Source: Gemmatimonadota bacterium
GTDB taxonomy: Bacteria; Latescibacterota; UBA2968; UBA8231
Direction of reading: 5' to 3'
DNA: 64,000 nucleotides
Assembly (NCBI GenBank): GCA_018660835.1
Contig: JABJJN010000008.1
Coordinates: 46,977-110,976 of the forward strand
The notes beneath the pieces were generated by a model. That model did not search any database and was not told where the DNA came from. It worked only from the letters and a program-made list of their open reading frames with translations. The position numbers were made by a program, and so were the translations under genes. Shown here one piece after another: positions 1 through 9,443 of the stretch. Every line of letters starts with the position of its first letter. Position 1 is the first letter of the stretch.

Positions 1-416
1 ATCTGCCCAGGAGGGACATGGACTTCGCCGACGTCGTCAGTCAGATCGGACATCAGCAACAGTCCATCTACTTCACATCGATAGCGACACAGTTCGACGG
101 CCTCCGACGCCAGTCCGTTCGCCGCGACTGGTTTGGCAGGCGCACGAAGTTGTCTTGAAAAATGCAACAGTCGCCGCGCTGCGGTCATGGCCGTGGCGGA
201 CCAGTTGCGGGCTGTTCGTGCATCCTGCAGCAATTCCGCATCAACGCGTGCATCGGGCTCCTGGAGCCGCTCAAGGAGCAGCTCCACGTTGCCATTGACG
301 ACGCTCAACGCATTGTTGAGGTCATGCGCTACGGCACCGGTTATCTCACCTGTCAGATCGAGTCGCTGACGGTGGCACAGTGCCTCCAGCAGCAGTGCCT
401 GGGTATCGCTGTCCAT
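1..416 (-). CDS. sensor histidine kinase, N-terminal part only (runs off the window start)
   Basis: Reverse-strand reading from the ATG at 416-414 gives MDSDTQALLLEALCHRQRLDLTGEITGAVAHDLNNALSVVNGNVELL... This places a DHp H-box (AHDLNN) about 30 aa from the start. The frame is open to position 1. It is absent from the ORF track because it has no stop in the window. Confidence 0.7.
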   Translation of the reverse strand, partial: MDSDTQALLLEALCHRQRLDLTGEITGAVAHDLNNALSVVNGNVELLLERLQEPDARVDAELLQDARTARNWSATAMTAARRLLHFSRQLRAPAKPVAANGLASEAVELCRYRCEVDGLLLMSDLTDDVGEVHVPPGQ

Positions 417-629
417 TGATTGGGAACTCCGCCTCAAATAGGGAGTGCTACGATACAACTCCTGTGGCCCGATGCCAACATCGTCGTGAACCAATCTGCT
501 TCCCAGGCGTATACATGATCGAGCCACGCTAGAGCCGCTGTGCACTTCAGGAAGTGAAGCCCTCGTACTCTACTTCCAGCTGCTCCCGAACTCTGACATC
601 CCCGCACCTGATGCCAGTGGAGATACCTG

Positions 630-1811
630 ATGCGAAAAATCCTGCTCCTCGTTGCCTGCACGAACGTTGTTGTCTGCACCAACATCGTACAGGCTGATTC
701 AGCGCCAGAAACGACCCCGGCGCTGAAAACGGAGGTAGCGCCTTTACCGGTAAACCTGGCCCGTCGTGTCGGCTTCCTAGCGACGAACTGGTATCAGCAG
801 CAGGCCGAACGATGGCAGGATCGTGTCGACACGACCCCTGACGACGCCGAAGCGTGGCGCTCGCTGTTTCTTGCATCCGAATATGGCAGGAATGTATCAG
901 AGACCGAACTTGATGAGTTGTTGTCAGCCATGGCAGCGAAGGTCCCGGGGAGCTGGCAACTACCCTATCTACGCGCCCGTCACGTAGGGCTCACAGATCT
1001 TGACCAGCACGTCAGGTATCTCGAAGAGGCCAGCGATCGCTGCCGCAGCTCTTGTGCAGACATCCAGGAGAGCCTCGGACTGGTGCACGAATTACGCGGT
1101 GACGTGGCCGCTGCCACTGCGGCATGGAAGAGCTTCTACGAGAGTCACACCCTGGCCGCGGGACTGCTCGACTACAACTACAACATGCTACAGACGGTTG
1201 GAGCCTCGGGTGTACTGATTACCAATGGTGACAATGACACCATGCCTGCCTGGCTCCTGCAAAGGGTCCATGACGTGCGAACCGACGTCACCCTCATCAA
1301 CCTCACCGTTGCCATGGCGCATCGTCCCTGGCTATCGCGACGTCTGACCGAGTTGGCGCCGACGATGGATGCCACATCTCTTCCCCCCCAGCATGCCGAC
1401 TTCCTGCAAGCTCTCACAACGGGGCTCGCTGCTGCGGGGCATCCTGTATCTATCGCGCTCACTGTGCCCGCCTCGCACCGGCAAGCAATCGAGCAGGATC
1501 TGAAGCTGGTGGGCCTGGCCGCACGCTACGATCCGCAGGACACAGTCGACGCGAGCGCCGTTCTGCATAAGAATTTCTCCCGGCGTTACCGACTCGATCG
1601 GTTGCAGCTGGGATGGTATGATGAATTCCACCTGTCCTGGCGCCCGATCGTGCGACGACTGAATACGAATTATGGCTTTGGTTTGCTGGCGTTGGCTGCG
1701 ACAGACCCCGAACAGGGCCGATGGGCGCGGCTGGCCCAGCATCTTGCCCGTGTCAGCGATGATCGGCATTTCGCCGAATTGGTCGCAGCTCGACTCGAGG
1801 AGTTACACTGA
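630..1811 (+). CDS. secreted protein related to the C-terminal extracytoplasmic region of DUF2723/TMEM260-like proteins
   Basis: N-terminal signal peptide (MRKILLLVACTNVVVCTNIVQA). The motif VLITNGDNDTMPAWLLQRVHDVRTDVTLINLTV resembles the conserved NGDNDTFPLWY..VRTDVRVVNLSL block of DUF2723 proteins. GGAGA lies upstream of the ATG. Confidence 0.6.
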   Translation: MRKILLLVACTNVVVCTNIVQADSAPETTPALKTEVAPLPVNLARRVGFLATNWYQQQAERWQDRVDTTPDDAEAWRSLFLASEYGRNVSETELDELLSAMAAKVPGSWQLPYLRARHVGLTDLDQHVRYLEEASDRCRSSCADIQESLGLVHELRGDVAAATAAWKSFYESHTLAAGLLDYNYNMLQTVGASGVLITNGDNDTMPAWLLQRVHDVRTDVTLINLTVAMAHRPWLSRRLTELAPTMDATSLPPQHADFLQALTTGLAAAGHPVSIALTVPASHRQAIEQDLKLVGLAARYDPQDTVDASAVLHKNFSRRYRLDRLQLGWYDEFHLSWRPIVRRLNTNYGFGLLALAATDPEQGRWARLAQHLARVSDDRHFAELVAARLEELH

Positions 1812-1828
1812 TCGAGTCCTTACGTGAG

Positions 1829-2398
1829 ATGATTGACGAGCAACTCATCTGCCGCCTGCAGGCAGGAGACACGAGGGCCTTTGATGAACTTTACGATCGC
1901 CATAGCCCGCGATTGCTCGGCTACCTGCGTCGCATGGTGGGCGATAGCGAACGTGCCCAGGACCTGCTGCATGATGTGTTCCTTCGCCTGGTCGAGCGCT
2001 GCGATCGCATCGACACGCAACGCCCCTTTTCACGCTGGCTCTATTCCGTCGCCCACAACCTGTGCTGTAGTGAGTTACGTCATTCCCATGTCCGCCGTGA
2101 CAAGAGCAACGATCTGAGCCTCGAACTGCGGTTTCAGGTTGCCGAGACACAACCTCTGACACCAGACCACGGACTAGACGATGAGCGTTTTCTTGCGGCC
2201 CTCGATTCGGCGCTGGCGAATCTGGAGCCTGAGCGCCGTAGTGTCTTTGTACTCCGTCATGCCCATCAATGGCCAATTGCTCAGATCAGCGAAGCAGTCG
2301 GTTGCCCGGAGGGCACTGTAAAGTCACGACTGTTTCATGCGACCCGCGCATTGGCTGCAAGTCTGCGCCCCTTTGATCCCACAGGACCGACACCATGA
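1829..2398 (+). CDS. ECF-type RNA polymerase sigma-70 family factor
   Basis: Region 2 (FDELYDRHSPRLLGYLRRMVGDSERAQDLLHDVFLRL) and region 4 HTH (WPIAQISEAVGCPEGTVKSRLFHA). 189 aa. Confidence 0.9.
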   Translation: MIDEQLICRLQAGDTRAFDELYDRHSPRLLGYLRRMVGDSERAQDLLHDVFLRLVERCDRIDTQRPFSRWLYSVAHNLCCSELRHSHVRRDKSNDLSLELRFQVAETQPLTPDHGLDDERFLAALDSALANLEPERRSVFVLRHAHQWPIAQISEAVGCPEGTVKSRLFHATRALAASLRPFDPTGPTP

Positions 2399-2958
2399 AC
2401 GAACGACATGACACGAATCCGTATGACACAGATACAACCGACTGTGAGCGACTGCATACCTTGCTGGATATCAACGGCGGGCTCGTCAGTCTGCAGACGC
2501 TTGATCGACAGTTTGCCGATCTGCACCTGTCAACTTGCGAAGCATGCCGACGGGAGCAGCACCTTTTGACCTCGATTTCAGCAAAGTGGTCGTTGACACC
2601 TCAGCCACAGCCGCACGGCGCCATCCGATCGAAGCTGCACGCAGTCATCCGTCGACAACACACGTCGGTCCTCGACGGGATCTTCGCTTGGCTCCGACTA
2701 CCGGCGCCAGCCTACACGATTGCGGTGATCGCTTTGCTGATCGCCGGTGTTTCAGGTGTGCAGACCGAGCGAGCACCGCAGTTGCTGATGATCCAAACGG
2801 TTCCCAGTCTGGTGGACACGAGTGCCCCCCTTCCTGAGTTGACGCGCACAGACAGTGACAATGTGTTGGCCAATTTCCGCCTGCTGGACCGGCTGCAACG
2901 ACCCGAGTTCCCTGATTCGGCCGCCCGTGTTCTGCCCTATCGACGCGTAGACGGCTGA
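2395..2958 (+). CDS. anti-sigma factor, zf-HC2 type, single TM
   Basis: ATGA overlap with the sigma gene. H-x3-C-x2-C motif (HLSTCEAC). Central TM segment (YTIAVIALLIAGVSGV). Confidence 0.75.
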   Translation: MNERHDTNPYDTDTTDCERLHTLLDINGGLVSLQTLDRQFADLHLSTCEACRREQHLLTSISAKWSLTPQPQPHGAIRSKLHAVIRRQHTSVLDGIFAWLRLPAPAYTIAVIALLIAGVSGVQTERAPQLLMIQTVPSLVDTSAPLPELTRTDSDNVLANFRLLDRLQRPEFPDSAARVLPYRRVDG

Positions 2959-3009
2959 GTCTCAGAGGCTGAGTATGGCAGATGAGGGTGACTGGGAGAT
3001 CAACGTCAC

Positions 3010-3867
3010 TCAGTCACGATAACGCAGCGTTCGCAGAGACAGGCTGTCGTCCTCCAATTGTTGCGTCACCGCGTCGACCTGGCCGCGGATCGCTCCCTGC
3101 CATTGCAGTTGGTCGAGGGATTCCGGCAGCGGCACGTCGACTCTCTTGATCGAGAGATTCCGGTAGAGGATGGCCTCTTGCCGGCGCTCACGAAAGACCT
3201 GCTGAAGACGTTCCTGGCCGCGGATCTGCACCTCATCCCACGGCTCTTCAGCGACCGGGATGGACTCCATTCTTCCATAGCGACGGATCACGGCAGCGGC
3301 GGCCTTGGGACCGAATCCGGGCAACCCTGGTATCCCATCGGACTTGTCTCCCACCAGAGCCAGGTATTCAGGAATCCGTTCTGGGATGACGCCGAATTTC
3401 TCAGCGACACCGACTTCGTTCAATGTATGCCGCTTGATCCGATTCAGCACGACGACCTTGTCGCCGCGCACGCATTGGGCAAAATCGTTGTCACTGGAAC
3501 AGATCACGATCTGCTCCAGCTGCTCATCCTCAGCAAACCGATGTGCTGCAGTTGCCAGGGCATCATCGGCCTGTATGTGTGACGACATGGGCCAGAGAGT
3601 CATTCCAAGGGCACGGCAGACGCTCAAGGCTATATCGAATTGCGCCTGGATCTTTGCCGTGTCATCGTCCTCTCGTGCGGCGAGACTGGTCATGCTGTCA
3701 AAAGCGATGGCGACGTGCGTGAGGGTCGGGTCACGCAAGAGCGAGGTCAGCGTATGAAACAAGGCGCGCGCGGCCCCCACTTGTTGGCCATCGCTGCGCT
3801 GTGCCTGCGGCGCACCGTAGTAGCAACGAAAGAGCTCGAAGCTGCCGTCGACGAGGTAGAGTCGCAT
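3010..3867 (-). CDS. 5'-3' exonuclease / flap endonuclease family (PIN plus H3TH)
   Basis: MRLYLVDGSFELFRCYYG..., then SSDNDFAQC and LVGDKSDGIPGLPGFGPKAA (H3TH). I chose the internal ATG at 3867 rather than the 437-aa ORF start because the N-terminal 152 aa overlap the upstream gene and look non-coding. Confidence 0.85.
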   Translation of the reverse strand: MRLYLVDGSFELFRCYYGAPQAQRSDGQQVGAARALFHTLTSLLRDPTLTHVAIAFDSMTSLAAREDDDTAKIQAQFDIALSVCRALGMTLWPMSSHIQADDALATAAHRFAEDEQLEQIVICSSDNDFAQCVRGDKVVVLNRIKRHTLNEVGVAEKFGVIPERIPEYLALVGDKSDGIPGLPGFGPKAAAAVIRRYGRMESIPVAEEPWDEVQIRGQERLQQVFRERRQEAILYRNLSIKRVDVPLPESLDQLQWQGAIRGQVDAVTQQLEDDSLSLRTLRYRD

Positions 3868-4289
3868 CAGGAAGCGAGTGAGGATAACAACCAGAGCAAC
3901 AACAGCGCTCGCACAGACCAGCAGATCGTACGAATCCAGTTGCCCGCCACAAGCCGCGGAATCAGACGCACACCATCCCCCTCTCGTAGACGATGATGGA
4001 GGGGCATCTGCACGACGATTGTGGATATCCAGATCAACAGTAGAATGCCGGCATTTATGCGCAGGCCAAGCGTCATCGCCGCATCTGCTGACCAGGCGAG
4101 CCACAGGCCGCTGAGCAACTCGAGAATCATGACGGGCGCCACAACGGGGGTCGTGCGCCGCGTGTGTTCGTGGGAGTAGGTCGAAAAACGTCCCCCCACA
4201 AATTCGAACAGTGGGTAGTGGACAATCTGGACGAACCAGATCACTCCCGTCATGAAGAAAGTTGCGGCGCAGTGCAGGAAGAAGATCAA
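3867..4289 (-). CDS. small 4-TM membrane protein (possibly DUF1772-like; family uncertain)
   Basis: 140-aa hydrophobic ORF (VIWFVQIVHYPLFEF...). Its stop overlaps the exonuclease start by 1 nt (TGATG). Confidence 0.6.
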   Translation of the reverse strand: MIFFLHCAATFFMTGVIWFVQIVHYPLFEFVGGRFSTYSHEHTRRTTPVVAPVMILELLSGLWLAWSADAAMTLGLRINAGILLLIWISTIVVQMPLHHRLREGDGVRLIPRLVAGNWIRTICWSVRALLLLWLLSSLAS

Positions 4290-4338
4290 AAGATACCTTC
4301 AGCAGCCGACGTGTGCCGGCCACCCTCCCCTGGTGTGA

Positions 4339-5154
4339 TCAGGGCTGGAGAAAGAAGATCCGGCGCAGGGGCTCGTTTAACAGCAGCGGCGCGGGTCCCA
4401 CGACCGCGATCCACGCCCAGATTCGTCGCAGCAGTGGGTAGCGACGCAGTGCACGGTCTCCCATCCAGCCCAGGGGTTGCAGCATAAAATAGAGGAGCAT
4501 GGAGCCGAAGGGCACGCTGGCACCCGCCAGGTACACCGGCAGGTGGAAGACGAGTTCGTGCCACAGCCCCGACGCGAGGAAGGCGCAGAAGAGAGCCACA
4601 TAGGGGTAGTGCCGGAGTGGACGAAAGAACTGACTGCGCAGCCAGCCGCCGATCCACCGATTCCATCTACGCCCCCAGAATTCGGCGACACTCCCTGAGA
4701 CGAGGGGATTGGCATGCAAGGGTCGCAAAGGCAGTCCGCCCAATGCGAAGGGCAGTGCCATAATCGCCCCCATCGCCTCCGTCACGATATAGAATGGCAG
4801 GACAGCAGCAAAGGGGAACAACCACTCGGCCATCAGTCCGTGGGTGGCAACGTAGCGGAAACCGAAAATGGCCGTCGCCGCCAGTGGAACACTCCAGCCG
4901 ATGCGAAGGAATGCGGCAATGACCGCCTCGCGGCGGCCAATCACATCTCGCCAGGCATCCAGTGCATAGGAAGGTGACAGCAGCACGAAGATCCGCGGGA
5001 AGCCGACGTGTGTTCGACTCTGCAACACGGTCAGCGCCTTGGCCACTGCTCCGGCGCAGGCATACCACAGGAGGAAATCCGTCGACATCGCCAGATTTGC
5101 GCTCATCTGCCCACGCCTCGCCCTGCCTTGCACACGCAAGAATTGCGCACACAC
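4339..5154 (-). CDS. membrane-bound O-acyltransferase-like protein (wax-synthase/MBOAT_2-like)
   Basis: Multi-TM protein with EFWGRRWNRWIGGWLR and a conserved His (GLWHELVF). The start could instead be the ATG at 5106. Confidence 0.7.
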   Translation of the reverse strand: MCAQFLRVQGRARRGQMSANLAMSTDFLLWYACAGAVAKALTVLQSRTHVGFPRIFVLLSPSYALDAWRDVIGRREAVIAAFLRIGWSVPLAATAIFGFRYVATHGLMAEWLFPFAAVLPFYIVTEAMGAIMALPFALGGLPLRPLHANPLVSGSVAEFWGRRWNRWIGGWLRSQFFRPLRHYPYVALFCAFLASGLWHELVFHLPVYLAGASVPFGSMLLYFMLQPLGWMGDRALRRYPLLRRIWAWIAVVGPAPLLLNEPLRRIFFLQP

Positions 5155-5303
5155 TTGCCAGGTTGGCTCGTATGCTCAAGGGAGAGACTCGGAACGTCTA
5201 CCACGGCGTTTGCGTCATCAGTCAACTCGATCAACTACAGCGGGATACAAGTTCACGGGTCGAGAATGTCGCTCTCCTGGTGGCCTCGCGCAACGACGAG
5301 CCT

Positions 5304-6227
5304 TCAAATGCTCTCTCGTGGGACTGTGAGCAGATGGGTGAGGGCGGCGCTCAGGTCCTGCTGTTGGAAGGTGTAACCACTTGCCAGCAACTGCCCTGGG
5401 TGCACGCGAGTTGAGGCCAACAGCAACTCCTCGCCCATCTCACCGAGCAGTAAACGGACGGCCCATCCGGGCAAGGGCAAGATAGATGGTCGGTGCAGCG
5501 TACGACCGAGCGTGCGAGCAAACTCTGCCTGAGTGACTGCAGCGGATGTTGTCACATTGACGGCTCCAGCTATCGTGTCATGTGCCAGGACGTGATCGAT
5601 CACAGCCACGACATCGCCCAAAGTCACCCAACTCACATACTGACGCCCCGAACCCAAGGGCCCGCCCAGACCGAGTTTGAAGGGCAGCAGCATCGACGTC
5701 AACGCGCCACCAGACGAACTCAGGACAAGACCAAAACGCAGATGCACGACGCGGATGCCAGCGGCAAGCGCCGCTGCAGCGGCGCCTTCCCAATCACGCA
5801 CAACCTCTGCGAGGAAGCCGGCACCCGCCGCACTCTCTTCGTCGACGATCTCGTCACCTCGGTCACCATAGTAGCCGATTGCCGACGCGCAGATCAGCGT
5901 CTTCGGAGGACGCGCACACTTTGCCAGGGCCTGTGCTAACAGGGCCGTCCCGCCGACTCGACTGTCTCGAATTCGAGTTTTTCGTGCCTTCGACCAGCGA
6001 CTGGCGATGGTTTCCCCTGCGAGGTGAATGACGGCATCAAATCCTTCGAGCCCGTCGGCGTCGATGTACCCCGTCACGGGATCCCATCTGACCGTCAAGG
6101 CACCATCAACATCGGCAGCGCGAGACAGATATTGCAGATCTGTCGCAATTGCTTGCGAAGCCAGATACCGCGAGAGAGCGGAGCCGATCAATCCCCTGCC
6201 GCCGCTCAACAGCAGGCGCGTCGTCAC
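5304..6227 (-). CDS. SDR-family epimerase (YfcH/TIGR01777-like, with DUF1731 C-terminus)
   Basis: Rossmann motif LLSGGRGLIGSAL. C-terminal end LLLGEMGEELLLASTRVHPGQLLASGYTFQ is typical of DUF1731. Confidence 0.8.
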   Translation of the reverse strand: MTTRLLLSGGRGLIGSALSRYLASQAIATDLQYLSRAADVDGALTVRWDPVTGYIDADGLEGFDAVIHLAGETIASRWSKARKTRIRDSRVGGTALLAQALAKCARPPKTLICASAIGYYGDRGDEIVDEESAAGAGFLAEVVRDWEGAAAAALAAGIRVVHLRFGLVLSSSGGALTSMLLPFKLGLGGPLGSGRQYVSWVTLGDVVAVIDHVLAHDTIAGAVNVTTSAAVTQAEFARTLGRTLHRPSILPLPGWAVRLLLGEMGEELLLASTRVHPGQLLASGYTFQQQDLSAALTHLLTVPRESI

Positions 6228-7348
6228 GATGGGTCTACCCTGGTCATGGCATCAGCCAGAGCGGCAGCGAAAATTTCGTGGTCAGCAGGACGACCAACCG
6301 TTACGCGAAGGCATCGATCACCCGGAGAACTTGAAGGCATGCGCACGAAAACGTCAGCCTCAATGAGATAAGCCAATAGCTGACGCGCCCGCGCGCCACC
6401 GCCAACATCGATATTGACGAAGTTCGTCGCTGAGGCGAGGCAATTGAGTCCCAGGCCATCAGCCACCTGTCGAAGCTGCTCGCGCCCCGACCACACGCCG
6501 TCGACGACGCGGGCGACGAAGTCGGTATCGGCGAGGGAGGCCAATGCGCCGACCTGGGCGATTCGATTCACGCCAAACTGATTGCGCACTTTCTTTAGCA
6601 CATCGACGATCTCACGATCGGCGAGCAAGTAGCCGACACGAGCACCTGCCAACCCATGTGCCTTGGAGAAGGTTCGCGTACGAATGACATTTCCTGGTGC
6701 CAGCGCCAGCGGCTGTGTCACGACACAACCTTTGGCTTCCTGCGGCGCGAAGTCGGCATACGCCTCATCGAGAATGATCATGCACTCCGGTCCCACGGCG
6801 TCGACGAAATCACTGATCTGCTTCGCCGTACGCCATCCCCCCATCGGATTATCGGGATTGGCTACGTAGACCAGTCGCGCGCCGGTTTCCTGCACGCGAA
6901 CAGCGAGACCGACCAGATCAACCTGATCATCGACGTAGTCCACCGTCTCGAGGCGCGCGCCGTGACCGGTCGTGTGATAGGCAAAGGTTGGGTAGGAGCC
7001 ATTGGACATGACGACAGGCTCGCCACGATCGGCAAAAATGCGCACGAGCAGCCCCAGCAGTTCATCGATTCCGGCACCCACCAACACTTGCTCGAAGGCC
7101 ACACCATGGGCCTGCGATAAGGCCTCGGTCAGGTCGTACGCCTCGGGATCGTTGTACATCCAACTGTCCTGCACGGCCGCTTGCATCGCCTCGCGAGCGG
7201 CGGGTGAGATCCCGAAGGCACTCTCATTGGCGCCGAGTCGAACTCGCAGCTTGCGACCCTGGCGCCGCTCAAAGGTTTCGGGGCCAATGAAGGGGACCAT
7301 TTCGGGCAGATCGCCCACGACGGGGGTCAATGGCAATCTGGGGCCCAT
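6224..7348 (-). CDS. PLP-dependent aminotransferase, histidinol-phosphate aminotransferase (HisC) family
   Basis: LGANESAFG near the N-terminus. PLP-lysine motif RTFSKAHGLAGARVGY. Its stop overlaps the epimerase start (ATGA). I chose the start at MGPRLPL (7348); the longer ORF to 7699 overlaps the divergent gene. Confidence 0.8.
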   Translation of the reverse strand: MGPRLPLTPVVGDLPEMVPFIGPETFERRQGRKLRVRLGANESAFGISPAAREAMQAAVQDSWMYNDPEAYDLTEALSQAHGVAFEQVLVGAGIDELLGLLVRIFADRGEPVVMSNGSYPTFAYHTTGHGARLETVDYVDDQVDLVGLAVRVQETGARLVYVANPDNPMGGWRTAKQISDFVDAVGPECMIILDEAYADFAPQEAKGCVVTQPLALAPGNVIRTRTFSKAHGLAGARVGYLLADREIVDVLKKVRNQFGVNRIAQVGALASLADTDFVARVVDGVWSGREQLRQVADGLGLNCLASATNFVNIDVGGGARARQLLAYLIEADVFVRMPSSSPGDRCLRVTVGRPADHEIFAAALADAMTRVDPS

Positions 7349-7389
7349 GAGGTGTCGCTCGCGACGAAGAGAGGCTAGGTTGTGGTCGT

Positions 7390-8067
7390 ATGGATTCTTC
7401 ACAAAATACAGACGATCCTGCACGCGACGCAGAAGAAGCCGCCCCCTCGCAAAGTCGTCAAGCGTTTGGCGTGCAACTGCCCCGTCCTGGCGACCCGGCG
7501 TTGCGCTCTCTTCGCGGGCAGAATGTGCCGCACTATCAGGGGCATCGTCCCTGGAATGCGAGCTGGCTGCTGATCTCCTATTTGGAGCAAATCCATCTCG
7601 AGGGCCTGCGCATCGTCGACGTGGGCTGTGGTTGGGGACTGGCCTCCATCTATTGCGCGCACCAAGGCGCGCAGGTGACTGCCACCGACATTGACCCACA
7701 GGTATTTCCCTACGTCAGCATGCTCAGCACGCTCAATGGCGTTGAAATGGACCACGTCACTGCGAGCTTCGATGAACTACCTACTGAATTGGTCGCCGCG
7801 GCGGATTTGCTCATCGGTGCCGACATCTGCTTCCGCGTTGGCATGGTGGCCGATCTATACGACCTGATTCAATCAGGTCGCGCCGCCGGCCTAGGGTCTG
7901 TGGCCATAAGCGACCCGGGCAGAATTCCCTACCGTGACTTATCGGCGCGCTGTGTGGCAGATCTGGGTGCCCAGGAGGGGCCGTGGCAGACAGTGGAGCC
8001 GCTGCTGGATTGGCCCGGTGAACGGCCGACGGTCACGGGACGACTCCTGCGCCTTGGTGGAACGTAG
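7390..8067 (+). CDS. class I SAM-dependent methyltransferase
   Basis: Motif I VDVGCGWGLASI followed by the acidic loop VTATDID. 225 aa. Confidence 0.75.
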   Translation: MDSSQNTDDPARDAEEAAPSQSRQAFGVQLPRPGDPALRSLRGQNVPHYQGHRPWNASWLLISYLEQIHLEGLRIVDVGCGWGLASIYCAHQGAQVTATDIDPQVFPYVSMLSTLNGVEMDHVTASFDELPTELVAAADLLIGADICFRVGMVADLYDLIQSGRAAGLGSVAISDPGRIPYRDLSARCVADLGAQEGPWQTVEPLLDWPGERPTVTGRLLRLGGT

Positions 8068-8334
8068 ATCGCAGTCGACGGATCCATCTACAGCGGGGTT
8101 GAGTGCGGAGATTCGAGCAGGCGTCAGACGAGACGATCTCGCCACAGTCTCTACGTCTCAGGGGCATCCATGTCCCGCTGCTGACATGGATTCGCCCAAG
8201 CAAGAGCCAGTCGTCCTGCCCAGGCCCTGATGGCATCTGCCTTGCTTTGTCCTTGTCGAGCCCCGCGCCGTGGGACAGCGCTCACAGGCCGCGGGGGTAG
8301 CGACCATCGAAGACCTCAAGGGAGGAGGCCTGTT

Positions 8335-8457
8335 GTGAAACGCTTTCATCAGATCATCGAGCACGAATTGCTCTTCGGTGCATTCATACTTGCCTTCTGG
8401 ATTGGTGCGATGGTCTTTACCATGGCCTCTCACCTGGTGATCAGGTCCTTGAATTGA
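8335..8457 (+). CDS. 40-aa single-TM membrane peptide (hypothetical)
   Basis: GGAGGAGG at 8321-8328, with GTG at 8335 six nt after it. Product VKRFHQIIEHELLFGAFILAFWIGAMVFTMASHLVIRSLN. A strong intrinsic terminator follows about 35 nt after the stop. Confidence 0.5.
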   Translation: MKRFHQIIEHELLFGAFILAFWIGAMVFTMASHLVIRSLN

Positions 8458-8491
8458 GTGATCCGACGACCCAGCTTCTTGTCCATTGCAG

Positions 8492-8526
8492 ACGGCCACC
8501 CCCCCAGGGTGGCCGTTTGGGTTCTG
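8492..8526 (+). terminator. rho-independent terminator
   Basis: 10-bp GC-rich stem (ACGGCCACCC / GGGTGGCCGT), 5-nt loop, then TTTGGGTT. Confidence 0.65.
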
Positions 8527-8666
8527 CCTCGCAGGTGACCACTTGGCCCGCCACTCGCTGGATCTCGGGGCCAGTATCTGCGGTGAGGACTGGACGTGCA
8601 CGCCTGAAGGGCTTTCCATCTGCATCAACCAACACATAATCCACAGGCAGATACAGGAGAGATGTC

Positions 8667-9443
8667 GTGCGCAGGATTGACTGCCACATGCATGTAAGAG
8701 GTGCTGGCGTTGATTGGAGTTGGGACCACAATGATCGCATCATTGAGGCTGCCGATGCACTGGGAATCGATCAGTTGGTTGTGTCGATCCCTGTCATGCG
8801 CGGTATGCCGGATTATGCGACGGTCCGACGCTGCAATGACGCTGTGATCGAATCGATGCAGCAGTATCCAGGACGAATTCTCGGCTACTGTTATGTCGTG
8901 CCCGGGCAGAAAGAATCGCAGGACGAAATCAGCCGCTGCCTGGACGCGGGGATGATCGGGATCAAACTGTACAACCAATACAAGATCTGGGACCCAGCGG
9001 TTCATCCTGTTCTCGAGCGCGCCATCGCTGAGGCTGTGCCCGTGCTGGAACATGCGGGACGCCCCACAACACGCGAGTTTCGCGAAGAGCAACCCAATAT
9101 CTCCGACGCATCCGATTTCGTGCGTGCTGCGACACTCTATCCCGAATGCATGCTGATTGAGGGCCACATCGGTGGTGGCGGTGACTGGGAGTGGTCCATC
9201 AAGCAGTTGCGCGAGGCCCCCAGTGTCTACCTGGACACGTCAGGGTCGATTATCGATGACGGGATGGTGGAGATGTGCGTGCGGGAACTGGGCGCTGATC
9301 GACTTCTGTTTGCCACAGACATGACCATGGAGGGTGGCGTGGGGAAAATTCTCGGCGCCGAACTGACACGTGCACAGCGGGAAAAGATCTTCTGGAAGAA
9401 TTTCCAGGGCATTCTTGACCGACGGGCAGGAGCTACATCATGA
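8667..9443 (+). CDS. amidohydrolase (Amidohydro_2/TIM-barrel metal-dependent hydrolase)
   Basis: N-terminal metal motif RIDCHMHV. GTG start after AGGAGAG. Confidence 0.8.
   Translation: MRRIDCHMHVRGAGVDWSWDHNDRIIEAADALGIDQLVVSIPVMRGMPDYATVRRCNDAVIESMQQYPGRILGYCYVVPGQKESQDEISRCLDAGMIGIKLYNQYKIWDPAVHPVLERAIAEAVPVLEHAGRPTTREFREEQPNISDASDFVRAATLYPECMLIEGHIGGGGDWEWSIKQLREAPSVYLDTSGSIIDDGMVEMCVRELGADRLLFATDMTMEGGVGKILGAELTRAQREKIFWKNFQGILDRRAGATS

Noticed and set aside
423-454. GGAAC motif upstream of the ECF sigma operon, a possible autoregulated ECF promoter
   Set aside because: No CGT-type -10 element lies at the required 16-17-nt spacing. The nearest CGA is about 23 nt away.
3868-4323. N-terminal extension of the exonuclease ORF (437-aa version). 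Analogous extensions occur on the aminotransferase (7349-7699), pspA (27744-27824), the hybrid kinase (43284-43388) and the 59865-60404 ORF.
   Set aside because: The extensions overlap neighbouring genes or promoters and have non-protein-like composition. Internal starts with SD-like sequences or family-typical N-termini (MRLYLVDG, MNKTLNRI and others) fit better.
8158-8637. 159-aa minus-strand ORF in the 8068-8666 gap
   Set aside because: It has no SD and no motifs, and its composition is unconvincing. It runs antisense through a plus-strand SD/small-ORF/terminator unit that is structurally better supported.
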